A stretch of 60,018 nt of DNA, filler included, from Gonapodya sp. JEL0774 (lineage: Eukaryota): the NCBI GenBank assembly GCA_027604505.1. It is 12 parts of 12 records of this genome, joined end to end, with 100 filler letters (N's around TTAATTAATTAA, not from the genome) between each part and the next. Parts side by side here need not be neighbours in the genome. Positions count along the whole stretch, not along the records: positions 10,054 to 14,973 come from JADIIX010000825.1; positions 15,074 to 19,993 come from JADIIX010000826.1; positions 20,094 to 25,007 come from JADIIX010000827.1; 9 more parts are not named here. The stretch is one strand, 5' to 3'. Below, one piece after another: positions 10,054 to 22,668 of the stretch; position 1 is the stretch's first letter; every line of letters starts with the position of its first letter. Made by a program: the position numbers and the translations under genes. The notes beneath the pieces are model-generated. The model saw nothing but the letters and a program-made list of their open reading frames with translations. It did not search any database and had not been told where the DNA came from.

Positions 10054-12670
10054 TATCCCAAACACCCCACTTCGCTGGATCATCTGTGAACGCAATGACA
10101 GATTCGCTCACGTCGACTGATTTGCTGCGAGCTGGAGCCGAAATCACAATAGCCTACCTTCGTTGCAAAGCTCCATCTCAAAGCGTCTAACAATTGTAGA
10201 GATGATTACCATTGCTTCCTCTGCAACGGAAACTCACTCGGTGACTTAAACAAATTAATCGTGAACCGTGTCAGCTTAACGCACGATTCGCCATATTCAT
10301 CCCCAGACAAATTCTCGGGCCAGCATTGAACACTGGCCACTTGTAGGCGTTCTCTTTGATGAGGTTTCCGGTGGGGTCAATCCAGCGTTCTGGGCGCACC
10401 TGCACCCCAAAACAGCACACCACGTAAGCTTCGAATCTCCTGTACAATTCGCAACCTCATGGTGAGGCTCACCTCCTCTGCGTCTGGTCCCCAGATCTTC
10501 TCGAGACGCCCCATCACGTACGGCTATGCAAGAAGGAACGCAAAGGAACAACTTTGAAGATATTCAACAACGATCATTTCCAAGGTAACCTACATGAAAA
10601 GCGACGTGCTGTCCCTTATAAACCTTGGTCTTGCTGCCGGGTAATACATCGTCTCTCGTTGGGATCTTTCCGTTGAAAGGTACGTTTGCATACAGCTTAT
10701 GGATGAAGTTTTGTCCGGGAATCTCCTCTTAGAAAGATTCAACTCATGCGCGGAGGAGTTTTGAGCGACCTACCCGCAACACCTCGTGAAAAGTGGCCAT
10801 GGTGTATTTCAAATCTTTCAAGTCGTTGTAGTCGCACATCCTGTCCGGACCCAACACGGTCAAACATTCTTGACGGACTTTTGACAGAATATCAGGGTGG
10901 CGGGCCAGCTCGTAGAATACCCAGCACAAGGTTTGTGCTGTAGTATCACGGCCAGCTTGGAAACGTTGGAGTACATTGCGTCAGTACTCTTGCTCATTGT
11001 ATCACAAAATTGAATTCGAGCTTGAATACTCATTAGAAGGAAGTTAACGACGACATCGCGGAGTTGCTCATCTTGCAGTGGCGAGCCATCATCGTTTTCC
11101 GCTTGCAAAAAATAGTCTAACTTAAAGGCACAAAATTAGGGTGTGAGTGCGCTGATCACAATCAGTATCTCAAATCGACGAAATCACACGCAAAAACAAC
11201 TCACAAGGTCTTGTTGCGACTTATCCTTCTTCTCGCGCACCGACTTCCTCTTCTTGTCGATAATGGCCTGGGCGTTGCCGTGGATGACTCTGACAGTGAC
11301 CGCACCGTCATTCATGAGAGGTGCAACGCTTCACCACAGGTAAGTAAGCATAGTAACTCACTTGCGACACCATTGTACTTTCTGGTACGTCCCATTGAAT
11401 TTCTCGACAATCTTCCAGAACGGTGTGACTCCGCGTTGGGCGCAAATGAAGTTCAAGGTGTCGAAAGCGGTTGCAAACTCGTTCGGGGGGAGTGTCTAAA
11501 TTGAACTGTTAGCGGTACGACTGTGTTATTGTACTCATGCACAGGCTAAACTCACGTATTTCCCGTTCACAACCGTCGGCTCTCCAGTGAGACAACCCCT
11601 GTCTTCTCCCATTGCAATTTTGAGAAATGAATCCATTGTTGACCGTAGTAACAAATCATGAATGTCGATGTAAGCGTTCATTTTTGCCGCTTGTTCGAGG
11701 TTGGCAGCAACCAGGTTGGCATCGTGGTGGAAGATGGGGGAGTACTTGAGAGTACAAGAGTACGAGAGATGAACTGCAATCCACATATTCCCAAATGTAT
11801 CACTCACGAATTCGCGGAAGTTCTAAAGCATCAAAGCGTGAAGTGTGTGTTAGCGGACTCTTGTGGAAAGACCTCCAAATTCCGCACATGCGTTATCACC
11901 TTGACATTGAATATGTTACTGGCAATCTTCCTCTGTACTTTCCATTCATCTCCTGAAATGAAAGCACGGTGAACATGAAGTTGGCGTGGGAGGCACACGC
12001 AGAAGACACCGACCGTCTGCAATCAACACAGAGAGATCAGTAAGTGTAAGGTTGGTACAATTGCTCTGAGAACAAACCTGATGTAAATATGCCGTGGCTT
12101 ATATTCCATTTACGCAATGCAATTGGAACTCAGACTGGGTACTCGTCGACAAAATAGCCAATCCTGCGTGGGACTGCTCACCCAAGTAGATCGCCATTTT
12201 CAGATATCTGCGATTCACCCTTGATGTATAGCCAAGGATCACGAAGAATGTGCTCCACGTCTGCCACGTTGGTGGTCATGATCATGTCATCCGAAGGGAA
12301 CATTGTAGTTCTCCACACATCGCCATGCTGGAAAAGTAGTCAGACCAGATGCATTTGCGTCTTCCTCCATTGCTTGACTGGAGATTATGACGAACCTTTC
12401 TAGTTTGCTCGAGAACCCAGTCGTGTAACTCGGGTGTAGCGCGCAGAAGAGCCAAAGTACCGCCCAGAATCGGGATGGTTCCATCGGCTATCAATGAAGA
12501 GAGAATCAAAAACCACAGTGTATGCGTGAAATGCCGAAAGCGACGTAGAGGCACGCACTGTTTGGAATCTCTGGTCGAGATCGTGTTCCCACCGCTCGAT
12601 CGTTGTAGTAAATGAAGAGGAACGCGACAAGAGCCACTAAGGCAAGGCCCACGTAGAGGATAACGGACAT
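10054..12670 (-). CDS. Cytochrome P450 (CYP86/CYP704-like fatty-acid hydroxylase type), many introns, 3'-truncated
   Basis: N-terminal TM MSVILYVGLALVALVAFLFIYYNDRAVG, HGIFTSDGDEWKVQRK, I-helix NFLL-AGRDTT, EVLR, PERW and heme motif FNAGPRICLG. The frame is reconstructable without stops. Confidence 0.95.
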
Positions 12671-12900
12671 TGCTGGCAATAGGAAGCGGAACTGGGGAAC
12701 AGTGACGTGGACATCAACAGGTCGGCTTGAATCCGTGTCACCGGCAGCGGCAAAATTTCTCGGTCAACTGGCGGCTGTTCTGGTTCCGTTGCCGGCTCCG
12801 TCAAAACGAACCGGTTCATTACACATTACCAGTGAATCAAGCAGAAGACGGATATGTTATGCAGCGTTTTGTGGTTTGAAAGATTAATTCAGACCAATCA

Positions 12901-12999
12901 NNNNNNNNNNNNNNNNNNNNNNNNNNNNNNNNNNNNNNNNNNNNNNNNNNNNNNNNNNNNNNNNNNNNNNNNNNNNNNNNNNNNNNNNNNNNNNNNNNN
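12901..12999. other. Intra-scaffold assembly gap (99 N, no linker)
   Basis: An N-run lacking the TTAATTAATTAA core, between the divergent CYP and SNF2 genes. Confidence 0.9.
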
Positions 13000-13152
13000 A
13001 TAATTAGCCCAGCCTCTATTGCTAACATCTGACGCTACTGTGACACACGTGAATTTTCAGCGGTGGTGGAAAGGAACTCGTGGCCAGTTCGCTGTGGAAA
13101 ACACCAAGTGATCGCACAAGCTGTTTTCACACAGTTTCGCCATATATCTGAA

Positions 13153-14973
13153 ATGCCACCCAAAAGACTGAAGCGACGACACAGTGATGAAAATGATGAG
13201 AACGACCTATCGGTATCTCGAGCTAACACAGCAGGAAAGCGAACTGCGGGTTCCACAAAAGTACATGATCGCCCTCCCACCATTGCCGAGTCTTGCTGGT
13301 TGACAATCAAATCCAGCTGGTGCAGCTTGACCATCAAAAAGCACTCTCTTTGCATGTGAGTTCAGTCTTGGCACTCCGTCGGTCAGCACCAGCAACATAA
13401 ATGATCACTACATTTCCCCACTTTTGGCCCAGGCCGATTCGCTTTGAGGGGACTGTCCTCGTAGATAGCAACGGTAGCGAGCTGAAAGCTTTGCGGAATA
13501 ATGAACAGATTCCGGCCTTCAACGATACCGCATGGCTGGCGCTCGTCGCAGCTGGCCTGGAAATTGATGACAGACGTCCCCTGTTTAGAATCATCATCAA
13601 AGAGGGCTGGGAGCCACCGCCGCAAGCATTACCTCAAACAGAGCCAGCACAGTCACCTGGAATAAACTTCTCATCAACAGTCACCACCGCGCCATCGCCC
13701 TCAGTCGGCCTGTCAACATCCTTCTCTCTCTCGTTCACGTATCCCCCTACAGACCGGTTCCATTTTCAGGTTTCGTATGAAATCCAAATTGATTCTGCCA
13801 GATTGGACTCGCTCGTGGAAAGCGGATATGGCGTGCCCGGTATCGGCAAATTTATCATTCCGTTCCTTTGGAATCGAGCAGTTCCGCAAGCATGGCAAGT
13901 ATTTGTGAACCACCAAGATAGAGCGAGCTCTCCAAACTGGGATCCGCAGGGGGCGATTTTGACTATCCTCCCCGAGGAGGAGAGCACTTGGCCGGAGTGG
14001 GTGATCTCGGCTGGTGCTGATGGTGCTGGTCCACCAGGAGACCGTGGTCCCTCTCCCACTTCATCTCGCGACGGTCGAACCCGATCGCCCAGCCTTCTGG
14101 GTGTGCCCCCAACGTCTCCTGCACGACTCCTCGTGGGTACCGAACACAGGTCCCACCAGACCTACGCTGTGGCATGGATGCGCGAGGTGGAACGCAAGAC
14201 TCTTGTTGGCGAGAGCTTCGAGATCGAGTCACTGTGGTATCCACAAGATTTTGCCACGCGCGTAGACTTTCGGTCCCAGATGCTCCTTCGAGCGGACTCT
14301 CGGCCAACATCAGCGCGCCTTCGGGTCACGTCACGTGGGGGCATTCTGGCTGATCAGGTTGGACTCGGCAAGACTGTTTGCATACTGGGTCTCGTCGCGT
14401 CGGACAGCACCGAGGAGGCCGAGGGCCTGCGCCACCGCGGTGCTCTCGAGGATGGTGCACTCGACGACGGCACTCCGTACTTGCGCTCCACTGCAACCAT
14501 GATCGTCTGCGGAGAATCGCATTTAGTCGCCCAGTGGCGTGATGAGATCCGGGCAAGGGTACCAAAGAGTCGACAGCGGGTCGTCACTATCGTGTCGCAG
14601 GTTGACCATCAAAAGATCTCGTACCGTGACATTGTGTTGGCAGATTACGTTATTGTCTCGGCAGACTTTCTGAAAAACACCAAGGGCCACTACGCTCCAC
14701 TCGGAGTTGGAGAGGACAATGGGCGCAGCCTGGTAGATTACAACAAGTGGCGTCGGGGTGTCCGTCGTGAGATGCAACGGCTCGGCTATGAGATTAAGCG
14801 TTTTGCAGCGACACGTATCAATGATCGTAAACCTGTGCTTGGTCTGTTCGCCTTCCGCAGGCTTGTTGTCGACGAGGCTCACCGATGTCTGTACTCTCGC
14901 GTGTCGTATCAGAGCGAGCGCAAAATCGTTGCTGCAATTGTCGGCACGGAGATCGCTTCCCTCAGGGCCGACA
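13153..14973 (+). CDS. SNF2-family ATPase, Rad5/Rad16-like, 3'-truncated
   Basis: Exon 13153-13355 (MPPKRLKRR, NLS-like), intron 13356-13432. Motifs HQTYAVAWM, RGGILADQVGLGKT, LVAQWRDEI and FRRLVVDEAH. Confidence 0.9.
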
Positions 14974-15795
14974 NNNNNNNNNNNNNNNNNNNNNNNNNNN
15001 NNNNNNNNNNNNNNNNNTTAATTAATTAANNNNNNNNNNNNNNNNNNNNNNNNNNNNNNNNNNNNNNNNNNNNCCATCAGTTTCAGTCCCATGATTTCTG
15101 AATTAAAAACCTCAAAATCGTCCTGTTTTCTTGATCCTCCGAAGAAAAATCCTTCCATCGACGTATCAGGGCAGCAGTTTCCCTTTGTGCGACCCACTCA
15201 CAAGAGCACGACAGGCACCAGTCGGCGCCAGACTGGGACGCGGACTGCCATGAGCGAGGCCGGCGAGAGAGTGCACGATTGGAAACTGCGAGAAGGGGCT
15301 CGTCTGGGATAGCTGTGGTTGTATCACTCTCTGCAGGAAGGTTTGGGCCTGTGATCCTGTGATGGAGTGAACAGTTTCCTTCTCACATGAGCCGAACCGC
15401 CGTGGTGACATAAAGAACCCCACCAACTCATCATGCGACTACCGCCATTACATCGACACTTTATGAAGTACCGGTGATGCAGGAATTGTCGTCGGATTTG
15501 ACTTGTGCTGAGCTGGAGTATTGTGGAAAAGAATTTCCTTCACAATGCCTTGACACTCAATTACGTTGCCATAATTGTGTGTGCTTCAGTGTTTGGATCC
15601 TTTTGCAGGGTTTGGTCATGATTCTGAGGAAGATTACATGTTGCTATTATTATGATGATACTGGCCGATTGCTATGTATGACCCAATGAGAGAGCACACC
15701 GACAGAGTATCTGCAATGCTTGTTTGACATGATTTGCATATGCCCCGACATTGCTTTTCACGCCCAAGCCTCGTTTCACCCCCGAGTCGCTCGTA

Positions 15796-17117
15796 TCAGG
15801 AGTCAGGTGGAGCGCCCTGCGTCCGTGTACTTTGAACCGCTTCGTTCGCTCCAGAACATTTAATCCAATGCCTAATCAACGAATCTTTGCGTGTGAAGGA
15901 AGCTAGACAATGATGGCACTGATGCGTGTCTCGGTTGAAGTGCGTGGTTTGATTGTGCCGGCGGAGATCGTAAACGCGGCTGGGGGAAAACGGCGAGGTA
16001 AGAATAAGCAAAAGCACCGAGCAAAATAACGTACACGAAAGATTTCGAACAGCGGTCGCCTGAAAAGCCGTCAAATACTGAGTACAGAACAAACCGGACC
16101 TCGAGTACTGCAATGGTTCGGCAAACGCTCACATTTGTGCCGATCAGCTTTTGCACGGTGTTCGTGATCTCTATGAGTCCGAAGATTCTTGCGAGTCGGA
16201 AACACGAGGTCGCATCTGGTGCAGTGGAAGGATGCCTGATCAGTTGTCCGACCGGGAAAGTCCTCGCGACCTGCAGTCGTATTTCCCGGAGGGTTCGGTG
16301 GATGTGAGACCAAAATCGAGCTTGTCAAATGTGGAGCGTACTGTTCCATCCCTTGTAACGGCGTCACGCGTTCAGATCGCGAAGCACCATTCCCCGATGC
16401 GTTCTGTTGTTGGCGGTCGGGAGACCAACCCGAGCTCTCCGATCCGTACATGGAGGGCAATTCCGCGTGGAGAATGCTGTCGATGTCAGCTAAATTGAGT
16501 GTATTGGACATGTCGGTGAGGAAGGGATCGCTCGTCAGGGCCAGCTGTGTCATGTTCAAAGGATTGAAGCTCGTGTCGGGAGGAGTGATCGACTGGTACA
16601 GTGCTCCCGAATTGTCTCCGGTCATCTCTATGATGTCTACGGGAAGTATGCTCTCCACCGTCGGTGGTGATCTCACGTACTGCAGAGACGCGGATCGAGG
16701 AGGAACACGAGCCCGCTCCCACCCGCCTATCCCGTACTCCTGCATAGGAACCGCCACAACTCTCACAACTTCAGCTTGGCCGAAACGTGATGGATTTGGT
16801 TCGTCGGGCATGGGTGTCGGAGGGTAGATGTCGTAGGTTCCGGGCGGTAGGCGCAGGTTTGAGAAGTAAGTGTTTGGAGCAGAGTACTGACTCGCCACGG
16901 GTCGATCAGTCGTTAGAGAGAACGGTAAAGCGCCGTAGTCTACAAGAGAATGGGTTGGATGCCTATGTATACTGCTCGTCCTTGGCTGTACCCGGTACGA
17001 CTCTCCTTCACCTAAAGAGAAGCCACCAGGGTTCACTCCTACCACGCCGTCCCCGAACCGCTCCACCATATCACGCTCAAGGGCGTCCAAGCACGTCGAC
17101 AGAATAATGGAGTCCAT
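15796..17117 (-). CDS. C2H2 zinc-finger transcription factor (3 fingers, the last C2HC)
   Basis: FHCTRCDLVFPTRKNLRTHRDHEH; HKCDRCSKSFVRVYDLRRHNQTTH rebuilt across two GT-AG introns; HQCHHCLASFTRKDSLIRHWIKC. Start assumed at MDSIILSTC. Confidence 0.85.
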
Positions 17118-18247
17118 TGCGGTGTTTAGGTGCTCGAGGGTGGAATGACCGGTTGATGACTCGACCTTTTGCCGTTTCACACGAGAACGTCCATCATACC
17201 GTCGAAAGCACACCACAAAATGCCTCGACTCACTCGCAGAATGCTCTCTGTGCGCGATTTCACGTCTGGCGGCTTTGCTATTTGTGTTCGGGTGAAAAGT
17301 GTTGCTTCGAGGAGCACCGCCCCCTGAGTTTCCAATTCTGGAGGAGAATGGTTTGTGGGCCGGACCAACACCCCCGTGTCCGAGCAAAGTCCGGATTCAG
17401 GATAGAAATAGAATAGTTGATGGTGTGAGAGTATTGCGATTTCTTTTTGTCGCAGATGGAGCGATTGGTATGCGGCGCCTTGTGTCATCATTACTGCCTG
17501 CAGGACAGTTCACGTGATTTCGCTTCGCCCACTTGGACACTTGGACCACGTCATCAAACCCCAAACACCAATCAGCGACATATGGAAAAATCTGTGTGAT
17601 TTGTTTACAGATGGATTACCTGTTATAGCCGAGTGCAAGTTAGTGGGTGATCACTCTTTGCATCAATCTCGTGTCTCCTTCTCCAACGGTGTAGGCCATG
17701 ACATTCTTTCTCGAACAAGTTTAGCACTTCCTCGACCTCTTTCATGAAGTTAGACTTAGCCACGCATCGGTAGCTGAGTAGAAGTATATATTGTGAAGAG
17801 TTTCAAAACCAGTCCAACCTCGGGTGATCAACTAATATGTGTATACACCACCAGCCTGTCCAAAAGAGAGAATGTGATCATTACGACACTTCCCGCGCCA
17901 CTGAAGGATGTGCGAGAGTTGATCAAGAATGCGGAGGGGCAGAAGACAAAAAGCCGTTTTGACATCCAACTTCCAGGCCATTTTAATTCGTCCGCTTCAC
18001 TGCTCAGATACTCCATCACAAAGAAACCAAACACAACATTACGGTGCGGACAAATATACAATGTAATATTCCAAGCGAAGTTCAAATACAACCTACCCCA
18101 ACCGAACGTTTTTGACAAGTCCGTATCACCACCCAAACCGCAACCAAACATGTCCTTTCCATCGTAGAGTCACACTGCCACCCGACCAAACACTTCCCCC
18201 TCCGCCTCCACGTCCACCTTCCCCGCCCCGTCATCATACATCACACA

Positions 18248-19993
18248 TCATCCCGTCTCCGCACCCAAAACACCTTTCCCTCCCACCACGGCGGCCTTGA
18301 CGACCCCGTCCGCTACATGGTGCCCGAAGTAATCTTCCCGCTCCTGCACCTCAAGTCCTGTCCCGGCGTCCCCGTCTCCGATGTCCACTTCCCGTCCCTC
18401 TCCCACACCCTCACCAATCACTCCTTCTTCCACCACACCTCCCAACACCCACATCCCCCTCTCCCCCTCCCCACCCTCCGCCTCCTCCCCATCCTCCTCC
18501 TCTTCCTCCCACGCCGTGTCGAAGTTGGCGTTCCGTGCGAATATGTGAGGCGAGGGGGACGCAGAGAGGTACGCAGACAGGGGCGTGGTCACGGCGGACG
18601 CGGAGGGAAGGGAGAGGGAGAGAGAGGTGGGACCGCTGAGGGAGCGGTGGAGGGGGAGAGGGAGAGGGATAGGAGGGGGGCCAGAGGTTGTGGCGGGTGA
18701 GTGGAGCGGCGAGGAAGATGGTGACGCCGACAATAGGACGTGGTGGGAGTGCGAGTGCGAGTGGGACAAGGACAACGAGGCGTGCCGTGCTCCCGCGGCC
18801 GTGGCCGTCGACGCAGAATTAGAGGGGTGCCCTGGCGTCCTCGGCACGGGCGACAACAGCGACGGCCGACGGGGAGCGGTGGTCGACGATGGTACGCCGG
18901 ACGACATCGTGGCAGACGGCGTGGTGGGCAGCGGAGGCAACCCTACCCCTTCGTTGCCCCCCGCGTGCCCCCCGCCCTGCGCCTGCCCCAACCACCTCCC
19001 CCGCACGGTCTCCAAGGTCTCCCTCTCTTGCATTTCCGCGAGCTGGGCAAGACTTGTTCGCCGGGCGTGGGCGAGGAGGGAGCGGGAGCGGGATGGATTG
19101 CCGGATGAGGGGTTGGCGGTGGTGGAGGGGGACGACGTGGACGACGTGGTGGAGGTGCGCGGAGGGTGGGCAAGAGGGGTGGGGAGGAGGGAAGTGGAGT
19201 CGAAGGTGTAGCAGCTGGGGTGGGGGGGCAACGAGGGTCATCCCGCGACAAGGGGAGAGGGAACGTCGGCCGGGGACATTGGGTCACCGGAACAGAGATA
19301 CAGGTGCGGTTAGTTAGCCATAATAGTTAGACATAAACGGTTTGAGTCGCTCAAAGGCTGGTCGGATCGCCACGTGCGCCGTGTACGCTCCGTTCTCATC
19401 TGGCTTCCTCTCCTCCACCATATCCCCTAACCGCCGTTCCCTCTTCCCCCCCTCCCCCCGCCGCAACTCACCGCTCCTCCACCTTCCTCTCAAGCACCAC
19501 CATCTCCCCGTTCCCCAAATTCCTCCAGCTCTCAAACTCGCCGACGGACTTGTGGAACCACCGCATGAGGAACAGGCGGGCCAGGAGGCCGTGGGTCACC
19601 ATGACCAGGACAGTGGGCGGATGGGGTTTGGAGAGGAGAGAGCGGTGGAGGGATTCGAGGAAGGCTGGGGGGCGGGGGAGGTGTAAAGGGTATGGGGTGA
19701 GAAAGGAGGAGGGGAGGAGAGGAGAGGGGGCGCGAGAAGAAATGACGTACTGGATATGCGGTCATAGACATCGGCGCCAGATTCGCCGCTGGGTGGAATG
19801 GGAAAGAGGAACAGTTAGGTTACAAGTACGTGGTCGGGATCAACTGAGCTCGCGATAGATTGCAGCCTCAACTCCACCGTGACTCCAGGTCTCCTCAGCA
19901 AGAGGTATGATGCTTGGTACACTCACTGCGGCACTCTGTAGAAAAACGTCCCGTACCGCCTCCTCTCCGCCTTGATGGCCTCCATCTCGACAA
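18248..19993 (-). CDS. Histidine phosphatase (PGAM superfamily), Det1-like, 5'-truncated, with a long low-complexity C-tail
   Basis: Spliced ERRRYGTFFYRVPH-GESGADVYDRIS-TFLESLHR...VMVTHGLLARLFLMRWF...NLGNGEMVVLER. Intron 19215-19471 links in frame to the S/P/H/E-rich ORF ending at 18248. Confidence 0.85.
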
Positions 19994-20132
19994 NNNNNNN
20001 NNNNNNNNNNNNNNNNNNNNNNNNNNNNNNNNNNNNNTTAATTAATTAANNNNNNNNNNNNNNNNNNNNNNNNNNNNNNNNNNNNNNNNNNNNGCTCCTT
20101 CCACCTGTTCCCCTCCAACTTCCCCCCTCCAG

Positions 20133-21908
20133 GTTTTCGTCCCCAAAGCCGTCTGCAAAACCACCGTCCCAGACGACTTCTCCACACTCCTCTCCCAACG
20201 CCGCCGCTGGATCAACTCCACGATCCACAACCTCATGGAACTCGCCCTGGTGTCCAACCTGTGCGGGACTTTTTGCTTCTCGATGCAGTTCGTGGTGTCG
20301 TTGGATCTGGTGGGAACGGCCATATTGCCGGTGTCGACAGTCATGTTGTATTATCTGTGAGCTGCGCGGGCGAGGTGGAGGGACGAATTGCGGCGTTCCA
20401 CCAAACTTTAAAACATCTCACCCATCCATGCACCCCTCACCACAGCATCGTCCAAGCCATCCTTCTCCTCCGCTCCTCCTTCGCCCTCTCCGCGACCCAA
20501 ATCCTCCCTCTGGCACTCATGGTCGTGTCCATCCTCATACCCACCTTCCTGGTCCTCGTCACGGCGAAACGACTGAGCTACATCGGGTGGTGGGTCTTGT
20601 TCTTGCTTGCGCTGCCGGTGTGGCAGATCGTGTTGCCTTTGTACGCGTTCTGGCACTTCGATGATTTTTCGTGGGTGAGTGGGGCGGGGAAGTTGGGGGG
20701 ACGGGGCGTGGAGTGCGGAGGGTTGAGGTCATGCGAGCTGTGGCGCGGGAAGGTCAAATACTAACAGAAATATTCTCTGCGTTCCCCCCACACCCCATCA
20801 ACGCCAGGGTGCCACCCGCCAAGTCGCCGGCGCCGGCGCCGACGACCACGGCTCTGGCGAAGGAGAATTCGACGCGCGTGCGGTTCCCTTCAAGCGGTGG
20901 GACGAATACGAAAAGGCCTGGCGGCAGTCGCTGTTGAACAAGCGGGGTGCCGGCGCCGGTGGTGGGACTGGGTTGGGCACTGCAGGAACCGCCAGCGAGG
21001 CCACCTTGTACAACACCGTCGCAACACCGACCGGCAACAGGAAGGTCCCTCCCCCGCGAGCGAGCGCCGATGTCCCACGTGGAGTAGGGTACGGTGCAGA
21101 CGACTATCACGATAGGGACCGCGGCTACACCTCCAACGAAGAGTTTGTGTCGGACGACGAGACGGCTCGGTTGACGGCGAATGCGGGGGCGTACGGGAGG
21201 GCGCAGGGGCAAGGGCATGGGCAGGGGAGAAGGAACTTTAGGGGGGCCGGGGAGAGGAACGGGGCGGGGCAGATGGAGCAGGCGAGGGTGGCCACCGAAG
21301 GGGTGCAGGGGCAATACGCTGTGCCCCCGCAGGTGGCCGGAGTGCAGTACGGAGCGCCGGCGGTACAGCAACCGCAGCCGCAGCCGCAGCCAGCTCCGCC
21401 ACAAGCTCCAGTTGCGTACAATGTGCCGTTGATTACGGTGTCGACGCCGCCTCCGAGGGGGTCGAGCGGGTCGACGAAAATGGCGGATCGGGCAGACACC
21501 GCACCACAACCTGGATCAGCGCCACCTCCGGCGCCAACACAGGCCCCGTCCGGGGCAGGTCCTCTCGTGCCCCCCTTGCTGACCTTCACGCCCCCCTCGC
21601 CGGCCCTATCGGCGAGTTCTCCACCTCCCAAGGTGGTGAACCCGCCTGCTCGGCAGTCGAGCGGCAGCGTTGGCGGGGCGCCGATGGCTCGGACGACGAC
21701 AGCGCCGCCTGGTGGGCAGGTGCACGGAGGTGGAGGGAGTTCTGGCCGGGGCGCGCCACCGCCAGCTCCGACTGCGACGCCGGTGACGAGGACGGCGACC
21801 ATGCCTGCGCCGACGTCGCCGACGAGTATCGAGATGAGCGTGGAGCAGTTGATGGCGGGTGTGGGAGGGACGGGAGCGGGAGGGTCGTCGGGGCGGCCGG
21901 TGAGTTGA
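20133..21908 (+). CDS. Chitin synthase, division 2 (class IV/V-like), 3' part
   Basis: [32 protein letters not shown] and [18 protein letters not shown]. Introns 20357-20445 and 20675-20807; P/G/Q-rich tail. Confidence 0.96.
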
Positions 21909-22668
21909 CGGGGCATGGGGCCTTGTGTGTTAGGGGGTTGGTGTGTCTCCGTGTTGGTGTTTATTTTTTTGCTGACCTTACGCCACCCGGTGGGTCGGTC
22001 CTCAGACGCCGCCGAAGCCGACGCCGACGCCGACATCATCGAAGCCTTCGAGTGGGGCGATCGACGATCTGATGAAGGGATGGTAATTGGGCGTGGAGTC
22101 GGGTTGGTGGTGGGTGGCGGGGTCGGGGATATGGCGTCGTGCACGGTCCGTGCGCGGCGGTGCAGGATGGTGGAATCGGATGGGAAGTAGTGGTATTGCC
22201 TTATGTTGTATTATCGGATCATCGTCGCACACAATCATGACAGCAATGTCTTATGAGGCTCAACGTGTTTGCCCGAGTGCGCACGCAGGCACGCATTTCA
22301 CACGTTAGGATGATGACCCACCACCAGCAGTGGACCAACACCGCCTTCTTCTAAGATTCCCCCTTCGCTGTGAATGAAAGGCACAAATACGCCCTGGGCG
22401 ACTATTTATTAGGCGAAACGCCTCTCGGTATTGTTCAGAAACCCGGGTGGGAGATCGGATAATTATGCCACGTACTACTCATATCGCGATTCAACGGCGT
22501 CAATATGGGGAATCAGAATCAGTTCACGAGTAGATTGAAAATATTTGTTTATTGGAATGCGTTTGGAGTGTGGATTTCTCGAAATCTGCCTGGACCGTGC
22601 ACCGAGAGTGGAACCACAGTTTCTGACCAAACATCATCTACCGACTCCGTTCCCCCACAGCGACGGCG

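Noticed and set aside
13433..14973. Long single exon of SNF2 as a possible viral insertion
   Set aside because: It has a normal upstream GT-AG intron and Rad5/16-type motifs, with no viral neighbours.
17793..18167. 124-aa ORF and its antisense partner
   Set aside because: GTG start, no motif, and it overlaps the 3' flank of the Det1-like gene.
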